A DNA stretch of 64,000 nt from Thermodesulfobacteriota bacterium (lineage in GTDB: Bacteria; Desulfobacterota_D; UBA1144; Nemesobacterales; Nemesobacteraceae), in assembly GCA_965202785.1 (NCBI GenBank), contig OZ241855.1, forward strand, positions 416,001 to 480,000, in the 5' to 3' direction. Numbering within the stretch: the first letter of the stretch is position 1; every line of letters starts with the position of its first letter. Both the position numbers and the translations under genes were made by a program. The notes beneath the pieces were generated by a model. The model was given only the letters and a program-made list of their open reading frames with translations. It was not told where the DNA came from and made no database searches. Shown here piece by piece: positions 9,472-18,098 of the stretch.

Positions 9472-10227
9472 CTAAACCTGCGCCCGCTCTCCTTTGACAC
9501 CGCCGGAGAGCTGAAACAGCCTTATCCCGAAGACGACCGCAAGCAGCAAGGATGCAAGCTGCGCCTGGGAAAAACCCTCTATAAAGCTCGGGGTAGTCTC
9601 CCTTATAAGCTCAATCAGAAATCTCTGGGTGCCGAGAATGAAGAACCCTACTGCCGAGATAAAACCCACGGGACGGTTCTGGGTTCTGATTTTCCAGAGA
9701 AAGACAAAAAGCAAGGCCATAAACAGCGTATCGTAGATCTGGGTGGGATGGACATTGACGACTCTCTCGGAAAAAGAAACCGCCCAAGGCAGGGAACACA
9801 CGGTCCCGTAATCGCAGCCGTTGAGAAAACATCCTATCCTTCCGATCCCGTAACCAAGGATGAGGGCGGGACAAACGATATCGAGAAGCCCCTGGAAATC
9901 CGTTCTTTTAAGTCTTGAGACAATCCACAGAGCACAAAATATCCCGACCAGGCCCCCTACCGACGCGTACCCCGATATGAAGTAGCGCCCCGGGTTAGCG
10001 AGGAACTCGGTCAAAGCGACGTTCTGATAAAGAAAAAGTATCTTGGCCCCAACAAGCCCGGCTATAAAGCATGCGAGCAGAAGCGTGGAAGGAAGTGCCG
10101 GGTCCATTTTCCTGCGGCTTGCCTCTGCGGACACAACCAAGTAAGCGGCCAGATATCCGAGCGCGAGAAACACCGAATACGAGTATATGACCAGACCTCC
10201 GCCGAGGTCTAAAAGTACCGGGTACAT
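9472..10227 (-). CDS. lgt: Prolipoprotein diacylglyceryl transferase
   Basis: MYPVL start, GRIGCFLNG, HPTQIY and RFLIE motifs. Confidence 0.85.
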   Translation of the reverse strand: MYPVLLDLGGGLVIYSYSVFLALGYLAAYLVVSAEASRRKMDPALPSTLLLACFIAGLVGAKILFLYQNVALTEFLANPGRYFISGYASVGGLVGIFCALWIVSRLKRTDFQGLLDIVCPALILGYGIGRIGCFLNGCDYGTVCSLPWAVSFSERVVNVHPTQIYDTLFMALLFVFLWKIRTQNRPVGFISAVGFFILGTQRFLIELIRETTPSFIEGFSQAQLASLLLAVVFGIRLFQLSGGVKGERAQV

Positions 10228-10243
10228 GCGGCGTCTCCCTAGA

Positions 10244-11131
10244 CTACTCTTCCTTTAGAAGAGAATCCACATTTAACAAAGGCACTGTGCCGCTACCCGA
10301 GAATTTGGGAAGGGTGCCATCCCATTTCTCCGCTAGGCGCAGCTGAATGATCTGCGGATTGTTCTTAAGCGCCTTCGCTTCCCTTTCAATCGCCGCGGCT
10401 CTTGCCTTGGACGCCACTTCTATCTCGAAGGCCTGGGCGCTCGCGGCGAGCTTTTTCTCCTCAGCGGCGGCTTCAGCCTGAGTCACTCTTCTTATTTTCT
10501 CGTTTTTGGCCTGAAGCGCTTCCTGCTCCGCCTTTACCTTGAGTTCAATCGCCTTGTTGAACTCATCCGAGAAATCAAAGTCCGTTATGGCGATGTTGGC
10601 TATTCTGAGGGCGTTGGGAGAAATTCCCTTCTCGTCCAAGGTAATTGATATGAAATTGTTTATGGCCTCCTGTATCTCGACCTTCACCTCGGCCCTCTTG
10701 GTAACCAGCTGCTCGGCGGTGTACTTGGCAGTAATGGCCTTTACAGACTCCTGTATCGCAGGCTCTATAAGAGTCAGCGACACGGTGCTTCTCTTCCCTA
10801 TCTTCTGAAATATAACGGGAGCAAGTTCTCCCGTAATGGAATACTGCAGAGTGACTTGAGTCTGTACCGTCTGGAGGTCTTTGGATGCGGAAACAGCCTT
10901 GGCACTCGCCGCGGTAAGACGGATATCGATCTGTTCAACCTTATCCATGAAAGGTTTTTTCATATGGAATCCCTCGGGAAGCGCCTTGGGCTGCACGGCG
11001 CCAAGGGTTCGCACGACTCCGACATGCCCGCTTTCCACTATTACGAAAACCCCTGTCACCAGAAAAAACAGCAGGATAAAAATTATTGGATAAAAAATAT
11101 TAAGTTTGGGCAACTGCCGCCTAACTTTCAT
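10244..11131 (-). CDS. SPFH/Band 7 (prohibitin-like) membrane protein
   Basis: N-terminal TM helix, GHVGV, SKDLQ, KYTAEQLVTKR, FS..FNKAIE.K..AEQEA and EKWDG.LP. RBS GGAGGT. Confidence 0.92.
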   Translation of the reverse strand: MKVRRQLPKLNIFYPIIFILLFFLVTGVFVIVESGHVGVVRTLGAVQPKALPEGFHMKKPFMDKVEQIDIRLTAASAKAVSASKDLQTVQTQVTLQYSITGELAPVIFQKIGKRSTVSLTLIEPAIQESVKAITAKYTAEQLVTKRAEVKVEIQEAINNFISITLDEKGISPNALRIANIAITDFDFSDEFNKAIELKVKAEQEALQAKNEKIRRVTQAEAAAEEKKLAASAQAFEIEVASKARAAAIEREAKALKNNPQIIQLRLAEKWDGTLPKFSGSGTVPLLNVDSLLKEE

Positions 11132-11223
11132 AAACGTACCTCCGTTATATGCTACATGCTCATAACATTATAATAAGAGTTATCCGAAAACATAGACCCA
11201 TGAAAAAGTCCAGATCCGGAGAC

Positions 11224-12930
11224 TCACCGAAGGGTCTCCCTCGCATCCTTTATGAAAAGGCGGGGCTCCCTCTCCCCTCTTCGGACATTAAAACGCAGGG
11301 CGAAAACCAGATCTATCTTTTTGGGAAGACGCTTTTGGGAAGAGTAAAACCAGATGCAGTTGAACTCAGAGCCGTTCTCTCTAACCCTGAACATAAGATG
11401 CTGGTTCTTGAGCAGGTTCTGACTCGCTACAGAAACGGCCTTCGAGAGAAAAAGGGGTTCTGGATTTCCCTCTCCGAAAGGCGAGAGGCTTTCAATCTCG
11501 GAAACAAGGGTGTCCTCTATGGAAGCAAGGCTGATTTCTGAGTCTATATCAAGCCTGCTTTCAGGTTTCTGACCGCTTTTTTCAAGCTCTTCTGAGAACC
11601 GCTCCCTGAAAAGACCGATCTTTTCCTCAAGAACCGTCACCCCTGCCGCGTAGGCGTGTCCGCCGAACTCAACGAGAAGGTCCCCGCACTTTGAGAGAAC
11701 GGAGAATATGTTGATTCCTCCGAAGGATCTCCCGCTTCCCCTGCCCACGCCGTTTTCGTCTACAGAGATGAGAAAAGCGGGTTTTCCGTAAGATCCGGCC
11801 AATGAGGAAGCCACAATGCCTACGACTCCCCTGTGCCATTCGCGAGACGAGAGAACAAGGGAATTGCTGTTTGAGTACTCGGGCGCCGACTCAGCCATCC
11901 GGGTCGCGTCGCGCAGTATCCTCTCTTCAATACCGCGGCGCTCGGAGTTGCGCTTGTCAAGAAATTCCGCGAGCAGGAAAGCGTCCTCTTCGCTGTCGGC
12001 GAGAAGAAGATCAACGGCCTTGTCCGCGGAATCAAGCCTCCCCGCCGCATTTATCCTGGGACCGAGACGAAAGCCGAGATCGAATACCTCTATGCCGTCG
12101 CCTATGCCGCTTACCTCCTTAAGGGCCCACAGGCCCAGACGCTTGGGACTCCGCATTCTCTTAAGACCTTCTTTCAGCATGATCCTGTTCACGTTCCCCA
12201 CCGGTACGCGGTCAGAGATCGTCCCAAGCGAAACAAGATCAAGAAAATCCCCCATGTTGGGTTCCTTGACGGTCTCGAAGAATCCCTCCTCCCTCAGGGT
12301 TCTTCTAAGGGCGAGAGCGAGGTTAAACGCTACGCCGACGCCCGAAACCTCTTTTCCCGGGTACCTGCAGTCCGCCTGACGGGGATTGAGAACGGCTACG
12401 GCATCGGGCAGCTGACCGCAGAAGCTGTGATGATCCGTGACTATGAAATCCATTCCCAGAGCGTGTGCCTGCGCCACTTCATCCACGGCCGTGATTCCGC
12501 AGTCAACCGAGATTACGAGGTTTACCTGCCTTTGCCTAAGATCGCGAAGCGCCTCGGAGTTCACTCCGTAACCCTCTTTGAACCTGTCGGGAATATAGTA
12601 GGTAACGTCGCAGCCGAGGGCTCTGAGAAAACTCGTCAGAAGAGAGGTCGCCGTGACGCCGTCAACATCATAGTCTCCGTAAACGGCGATTTTCTCCTTT
12701 TCGTAAACGCACCTGCAAAGACGCGCCACCGCCTCCTCCATGCCTTTCATCAGGAAGGGAGAAGGCAGGTCCGAGAGGGATGCGGAAAGAAACGCCTCGG
12801 CGTCCTCGGCGGAACTTATTCCCCTGTTTACCAGAAGTCCCGCGGTTATCGGCAGGATGCCGAGCTTTGCCGAAATCTTCTCAACCGGCCCTTTAGCGGG
12901 TTTTGCTACCACCCATTTTCTTTTCTTCAT
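11224..12930 (-). CDS. recJ: ssDNA-specific exonuclease RecJ
   Basis: GDYDVDG, VDCG, TDHH, PRINAAGR, GSGRS and FGGH..AAG motifs. Confidence 0.97.
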   Translation of the reverse strand: MKKRKWVVAKPAKGPVEKISAKLGILPITAGLLVNRGISSAEDAEAFLSASLSDLPSPFLMKGMEEAVARLCRCVYEKEKIAVYGDYDVDGVTATSLLTSFLRALGCDVTYYIPDRFKEGYGVNSEALRDLRQRQVNLVISVDCGITAVDEVAQAHALGMDFIVTDHHSFCGQLPDAVAVLNPRQADCRYPGKEVSGVGVAFNLALALRRTLREEGFFETVKEPNMGDFLDLVSLGTISDRVPVGNVNRIMLKEGLKRMRSPKRLGLWALKEVSGIGDGIEVFDLGFRLGPRINAAGRLDSADKAVDLLLADSEEDAFLLAEFLDKRNSERRGIEERILRDATRMAESAPEYSNSNSLVLSSREWHRGVVGIVASSLAGSYGKPAFLISVDENGVGRGSGRSFGGINIFSVLSKCGDLLVEFGGHAYAAGVTVLEEKIGLFRERFSEELEKSGQKPESRLDIDSEISLASIEDTLVSEIESLSPFGEGNPEPLFLSKAVSVASQNLLKNQHLMFRVRENGSEFNCIWFYSSQKRLPKKIDLVFALRFNVRRGEREPRLFIKDARETLR

Positions 12931-12951
12931 AAGAATTCCGCGGGGAGGAAT

Positions 12952-13407
12952 TCAGGAGGAGACGCTTTCTTCCCTCAGGTGCTCAACGAGTCCCAAAAGC
13001 CCGAGGTAATAACTGTGCGCCCTGAAGCCTGATACCACGCCGAGCGATACTCCCGAGACAAACGATTTCTGTCTGAAGTCCTCCCTTTTGTATATGTTGG
13101 AAATATGAACTTCCACAACAGGCATTCCGGTTGAGAGTATGGCGTCCCTTATGGCTACGCTTGTATGGGTATAGGCGCCGGGGTTTATGATTACTCCGTC
13201 GAACTTCCCGTAGGCATCCTGTATGGCGGTGACTATCTCCCCTTCTGAATTTGACTGAAAGAAGGAAAGTCCGACATCTCCGCCCAGGGAATCGGTTTTC
13301 GAAGAAAGAAAAGTTTCAATCTCAGAAAGGGTAAGACTTCCGTAAATCTCAGGTTCCCTCTTGCCCAGCATGTTGAGATTCGGACCGTTGATGACAAGTA
13401 TTTCCAT
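12952..13407 (-). CDS. aroQ: Type II 3-dehydroquinate dehydratase
   Basis: [26 protein letters not shown] and EVHISN motifs. Confidence 0.97.
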   Translation of the reverse strand: MEILVINGPNLNMLGKREPEIYGSLTLSEIETFLSSKTDSLGGDVGLSFFQSNSEGEIVTAIQDAYGKFDGVIINPGAYTHTSVAIRDAILSTGMPVVEVHISNIYKREDFRQKSFVSGVSLGVVSGFRAHSYYLGLLGLVEHLREESVSS

Positions 13408-13465
13408 GGGACAAAATACCGGGAGTAATGATAATTAAAAGGTCGAGAAAAACCAAACGGGGTCT

Positions 13466-14077
13466 CTATCTGCCAAGAAGAACCATTATCTCTTCTCGTT
13501 TGTTTCTGTAAACCGGGTTATCGGGTTCCATCTCGCAGAGAACTTCAACTATCCCCAGGGCGTCTTCGTAAAGTCCCTGGGAAACGTAGAGATTAAGCAT
13601 CGTGTCCGTCTCGAAGACTCCGGCCCGCGGCTCGCTTTTCTCCTCCGGCTCCGGGGAAGGCCTTTCCGGCTCTACGGCATCTTCCCCCAGGCGCCATGGA
13701 TCCGGAACGGGCGACAGGGCGACCCTGAAGGCTTCGGCTGTCCTGCCTGCGCTTTTGTATATATGTATAAGCAGGTCTGAAGCCTGGGTGTTCCGGCGAT
13801 CCAGAGAAAGCGCCTTTTTGAGTTCCTCCTCCGCAGCAGCGGCATTCCAGCACATAAGATGCGCCTTGGCCAGAATGAGTCTCGCCCTGCTGCTATCACC
13901 TTTTTTCTCCGTAAAATCGGAAACTGTATGTCTCGCCTTGGTCACCTCTCCAAGCGCGAGATGAACTTCCGCCAGCGCGAGAAGCGAATCGGAATCGGGA
14001 AACATCCTCAAGGTATATTCGTACTTTTCCTTGAGCGCTTCAAGCTCACGCTGACTCAGAGTCTTAAGCTCGTCCAT
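13466..14077 (-). CDS. TPR-repeat protein
   Basis: TPR-like helices (LALAEVHLALGEVTKA, LILAKAHL...ALSLD), a Pro/Glu linker, and a C-terminal T..LY..QG.YE.A helix. Confidence 0.7.
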   Translation of the reverse strand: MDELKTLSQRELEALKEKYEYTLRMFPDSDSLLALAEVHLALGEVTKARHTVSDFTEKKGDSSRARLILAKAHLMCWNAAAAEEELKKALSLDRRNTQASDLLIHIYKSAGRTAEAFRVALSPVPDPWRLGEDAVEPERPSPEPEEKSEPRAGVFETDTMLNLYVSQGLYEDALGIVEVLCEMEPDNPVYRNKREEIMVLLGR

Positions 14078-14236
14078 AAGCCTTGTTATTCTTACAAATC
14101 CCGGTAATCGCCGCGCCTTTTCTCAATCCGCTCCGAGCAATAGTATACGCAGAAACCGGATCGGCACCGCTTTACCAAGAATACCGCAACGCAGTACAGC
14201 GGACAACACTAATCGAGACGCCGTCGCGGCCCAGGG

Positions 14237-15790
14237 CTATCCTCTCTTCAGAAAAGAAAACATCTCCACTTCCTTTATGCCGACGAGCCTGGCAAGCAGG
14301 AAATAAAGTATAACGCCTGAACCCACCGATGCGGCCATAATCAATGCCTTGTCAAGAGAAAAACCGCTTTCGCTCCAAGTAGAGAAACCGGCAACCGCGC
14401 TTACCGCAAAACCCATGATTACCGCGATCGCGAGAATCCTGAGCGAAAAGAAGAGGATGTCGCGGGAGAGAAAATGTCCCAGACGGCCATTTAACAAAAC
14501 GACCAGCAGAACGAAGTTCGCCACTGAAGAGATTGAACTCGCAAGCGCAAGACCCAAGTGATTAAGCGAGAAGACGAACCCCAGAACGAACCCGCAGACC
14601 GCATTCAGCAGAAAACAGAAAAACGCCACCTTGACCGGCGTCTTCGTGTCCTGAAGGGCGAAAAAGGCGGGTACGGTAATTCGAATTCCTCCCACTGCGA
14701 AAAGTCCAAGTCCGTAGCCCAGAATGGCTTGGGAAGTATTTATAACCGCCACGTAATCAAACTGGCCATGCTGATAAAGAAAATTGCAGAGAGGCACCCG
14801 CAGGGCCACTATTCCGACCATTGCGGGCACCATTATAAACAGCATGCGCCTCAGGGAACGTTGATATTCTGTGCCGAAACCTCCGTAATCATCCCTCGCC
14901 GCGTAGCCTGAGAGCGCGGGAAGAGTCACGGTCGCCAGGGAAACGGCCACAACTCCGAGGGGAAACTCGATTATCCTCTCTGCGAAATAAAGGTAGGAAA
15001 CGGTTCCCTCGGACATAAAGGACGCGTATTGGGTGTTTACGAGTATGTTGAGGTTGTAGACCGCTATTCCGAAAAGCTGGGGGAACATGAGAACCGCGAG
15101 TCTTCTGACCGCAGGGTGATTGAGCGTTTTCGCAAAGCCGAACATGAACTTTTCTTTGCGAAGATAAAACAGGTGGAGCAGCAACTGCAGCACCCCCCCG
15201 CCAAGGACCCCGAAGCAGAGAGAAGCTATAGGCACTTCAAATTCCCTGTAGAGAAACAGGGCGCTTGCTATTATGCACAGGTTGAAAAGAACCGGGGAGA
15301 ATGCCGGAGCGAAGAAATGCCGTACGGAGTTAAGAACCCCCATCGCGAGAGCCGTAAGAGATATAAAAAGCACGTAGGGGAAAATAAGCCTGTTAAGATA
15401 GACCGCCAGATCGAAGGTCTTCTGATCGAATCCATAGGCGAAGAGCTTCACCAGCCAAGGAGAAAAAATTATCCCCAGTGCCACAACTAAAACGAGAATG
15501 ATGAAAAGCACGGTGAACGCGGAACGCAGGGCGTCTTTTGCCTCCCGCCTGTCCCCCGACTCAAGGTACTCCGAGAATACGGGTACGAAAATCGCCGCTA
15601 GAGAGCCTTCGGCGAAAAGGCGTCGCAGCAGGTTAGGAATACGGAACGCGACGTAAAAGGCGTCGGTCTGGAAACCCGCTCCGAAAAGTGCCGCCACCAC
15701 AACGTCCCGCAGGTATCCAACTATCCTGCTCAGTAGAGTAAGAAAACTTACCAACCCCCACTTGTGCTTATGATCTTCCCTTGCTTCCAT
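14237..15790 (-). CDS. murJ: Lipid II flippase MurJ (MviN)
   Basis: SRIVGYLRD, AFRIPNLLRRLFAEG and ER..EFP motifs. Start placed at ATG 15790 (ORF track gives 15844). Confidence 0.96.
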   Translation of the reverse strand: MEAREDHKHKWGLVSFLTLLSRIVGYLRDVVVAALFGAGFQTDAFYVAFRIPNLLRRLFAEGSLAAIFVPVFSEYLESGDRREAKDALRSAFTVLFIILVLVVALGIIFSPWLVKLFAYGFDQKTFDLAVYLNRLIFPYVLFISLTALAMGVLNSVRHFFAPAFSPVLFNLCIIASALFLYREFEVPIASLCFGVLGGGVLQLLLHLFYLRKEKFMFGFAKTLNHPAVRRLAVLMFPQLFGIAVYNLNILVNTQYASFMSEGTVSYLYFAERIIEFPLGVVAVSLATVTLPALSGYAARDDYGGFGTEYQRSLRRMLFIMVPAMVGIVALRVPLCNFLYQHGQFDYVAVINTSQAILGYGLGLFAVGGIRITVPAFFALQDTKTPVKVAFFCFLLNAVCGFVLGFVFSLNHLGLALASSISSVANFVLLVVLLNGRLGHFLSRDILFFSLRILAIAVIMGFAVSAVAGFSTWSESGFSLDKALIMAASVGSGVILYFLLARLVGIKEVEMFSFLKRG

Positions 15791-15797
15791 GGAAATC

Positions 15798-16076
15798 CTA
15801 GTCCTCCGGCAGATCGCCGCTTTCGGGAGGGTCGACAAACTCAAACTCTATTTCCCTTTTGAGCGCTTCCAGCACCCCGCGCGTTTCTGAAGTGAGTTCA
15901 GGAGTGGTAACCACCTTTACTATCATCTCTTTCGGAACCTCGGTTCTCACCCACATCAGGTGCCCGTAGGTGCCGAGTATCCCCTGCAAAAGAACATTGG
16001 AACTTTTGTCCGCAAGTTTTATAAAAAAAACAGACATTTTTTCTGAAGCAATACCATATGGAATCTCACCTTCCAA
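15798..16076 (-). CDS. Small conserved hypothetical protein, DUF4911-like
   Basis: About 80-92 aa; pattern IL..Y.HL..VRT..PK..IV.V..TP.....VL..L. Start is TTG 16076 (GAGGA upstream) or ATG 16037. Confidence 0.55.
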   Translation of the reverse strand: MEGEIPYGIASEKMSVFFIKLADKSSNVLLQGILGTYGHLMWVRTEVPKEMIVKVVTTPELTSETRGVLEALKREIEFEFVDPPESGDLPED

Positions 16077-16254
16077 ACCATCATGTCCTCGGATGAGAGT
16101 ATATACAAAATAAGCCAACAAGTAGAATTGAGGCCCCAACGGATAGTATTTTTTCTTATACCCTCTCACAACAGCATCCAGTATTTAAAGTAATATCTAG
16201 CCTTATGTTTTTACCGCTCACCCGTTGAAAAGATTAACTATTTCAAAATGTTAC

Positions 16255-16281
16255 TTGACTTTTTACATGTTTTTTTATAAT
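16255..16281 (+). promoter_or_regulatory. sigma70-like promoter of the dcw operon
   Basis: TTGACT (16255-60) and TATAAT (16276-81). The spacer is short (15 nt). Confidence 0.55.
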
Positions 16282-16289
16282 TTATGAAT

Positions 16290-16335
16290 TGGCATGGCAG
16301 GAATATATTATGGCATATAATGGCAGAAGGTAGCA
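16290..16335 (+). promoter_or_regulatory. Putative MraZ operator (TGGCA direct repeats)
   Basis: TGGCA at 16290, 16295, 16311 and 16321, and TAGCA at 16331. The last three are spaced exactly 10 bp apart, directly upstream of mraZ. Confidence 0.65.
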
Positions 16336-16339
16336 TAAA

Positions 16340-16786
16340 ATGTTCAGAGGAAGATACGAACACACCATGACCAAGACCGGAAGGGTCAGTATTCCTTCAA
16401 AGTTCAGGGAGGTCTGCAGAAAGAAATATTCCGACGAGACCTTCGTAATCACGAACTTTGACCGCTACCTCATCGCCTATCCAATGAGGGAATGGAACGA
16501 ACTCGAAAAAAAGCTCTCCAAGATATCCATAACCGACAACAAGGTGACGTCTTCAATACGCTATCTCATGGGAAACGCGGTTGACTGTCCCATAGACAAT
16601 CAAGGAAGGGTTTTGATTCCTCAGTCGCTACGCTCATACGCAGCCATTGAAACTGAAGTCGTCCTGGTCGGCATGCTGAAGAAAATAGAAATATGGTCAA
16701 AGGAGATATGGGAGAAGGAAAACGGCTCTGGAGCATTTGAGACTTTCATACAAAGCAGGGAGGTGCTCGCCGGATATGGTCTCTAA
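16340..16786 (+). CDS. mraZ: Transcriptional regulator MraZ
   Basis: MFRGRYEH..GRVSIP..FR, ID.QGRVLIP..LR and IEIWS motifs. First gene of the dcw cluster. Confidence 0.95.
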   Translation: MFRGRYEHTMTKTGRVSIPSKFREVCRKKYSDETFVITNFDRYLIAYPMREWNELEKKLSKISITDNKVTSSIRYLMGNAVDCPIDNQGRVLIPQSLRSYAAIETEVVLVGMLKKIEIWSKEIWEKENGSGAFETFIQSREVLAGYGL

Positions 16787-17756
16787 GAAAATAAGAGCCG
16801 CGGACGCAAGTTCTGATCCGCAGGAACAGTTTCACTCCCCGGTCATGGTAAGAGAGGTAGCTGAATACCTCGACCTGCCGGAAGGCGCAATCGTGGTCGA
16901 CGCGACTGTGGGTCTAGGCGGACACTCCGAGCACATTCTTAATGAATACTCTTCGATATCGAGGCTGATAGGCATGGATGTCGATCAGGCTACGATCTCT
17001 CTTGCAAAAGGCAGGCTTTCGGCCAGTGCAGAAAAAGTAGAGATAGTAAACAGAAATTTCATACACATTAAAAACACGGTCAATTCCATGGGAATAGAAT
17101 ACGTGGACGGCATCGTCGCCGACTTGGGGATTTCTTCCTTTCAGCTCGAGCGCAGTGGTAAGGGATTCAGCTTCAACAGAAACGAGTTCCTCGATATGAG
17201 AATGGACGCGGGTCTTCAGTTCTCCGCCTACGATCTTGTAAACGAAATGAAAGGCGAAGAGCTTGAATACATACTGAGAAAATACGGCGAAGAGAAGTTC
17301 GCGGGGAGAATCGCTAACTCGATAGTGAAGAGCCGGGTGAAAAAGCCCATACAGACTTCCTTCGAACTGGCCTCAATAATCTCGAACTCAATTCCCAAAA
17401 AGTTTCATCCGAAAAAAACGCACCCCGCAACCAAGACTTTTCAGGCACTTCGGATCTCGATTAACAACGAACTCGACAATCTGGCGATCTTCATTGAAGA
17501 AGCCGTAAAAATCCTCAATACAGGAGCAAGGCTGGTGATTATCTCTTTTCACTCGCTTGAAGACAGAATAGTTAAGAACATGTTCAGAAAACTCGACTCC
17601 TCGTGTGCTTGTCCTCCGGATCTTCCCGTATGCGCATGCGGAAGAGTTCAACAGATAAGAAGGGTGACCCGATCGGTCGTAAAGCCCGGAAAAAGGGAAG
17701 TGGAGGAGAATCCCAGGGCGAGAAGTTCAAAAATGAGGGTTGCAGAGGGGGTATAA
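16776..17756 (+). CDS. rsmH: 16S rRNA m4C1402 methyltransferase
   Basis: HSPVM, DATVGLGGHS, DLGISS.Q, LDMRMD, TFQALRI and SFHSLEDR motifs. ATG 16776 with GGAGGT RBS. Confidence 0.97.
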   Translation: MVSKKIRAADASSDPQEQFHSPVMVREVAEYLDLPEGAIVVDATVGLGGHSEHILNEYSSISRLIGMDVDQATISLAKGRLSASAEKVEIVNRNFIHIKNTVNSMGIEYVDGIVADLGISSFQLERSGKGFSFNRNEFLDMRMDAGLQFSAYDLVNEMKGEELEYILRKYGEEKFAGRIANSIVKSRVKKPIQTSFELASIISNSIPKKFHPKKTHPATKTFQALRISINNELDNLAIFIEEAVKILNTGARLVIISFHSLEDRIVKNMFRKLDSSCACPPDLPVCACGRVQQIRRVTRSVVKPGKREVEENPRARSSKMRVAEGV

Positions 17757-17762
17757 CCGCAA

Positions 17763-18098
17763 ATGAGAAGAAAGGTCGCCGGAAAGAAAAAAACAGAGAA
17801 GGGATCGTTTCCGCGCACATTAATTATTTTCGGTATCGCTTTGATAACCGCGCTTTGCTTTCTGCGCATCAAGGTTGAACACACGAGAACCGGTTACGAG
17901 ATTTCGAAAAACCTAGAAGTCGAAAGGGCCCTTTTAAAGGAAACCGGACTGCTTCATCACGAAATTTTAAAACTCAAGTCTCTTAAACATCTCAAACCGG
18001 TGGCGGATAAAAAGGGATTCAGATTCGCCACTTACAAGGATGTCGTTTTCGTCGAAGAGGTAATAGTTGCACAGGAAGAGCGGGATGAGGAATTCTAA
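17763..18098 (+). CDS. ftsL: Cell division protein FtsL
   Basis: Basic N-tail, single TM helix and a leucine-zipper-like region. Lies between rsmH and ftsI. Confidence 0.75.
   Translation: MRRKVAGKKKTEKGSFPRTLIIFGIALITALCFLRIKVEHTRTGYEISKNLEVERALLKETGLLHHEILKLKSLKHLKPVADKKGFRFATYKDVVFVEEVIVAQEERDEEF

Noticed and set aside
16290-16335. TGGCA as a sigma54 -24 element
   Set aside because: GG-to-GC spacing is 9 nt rather than the required 10. The periodic repeats fit an MraZ box better.
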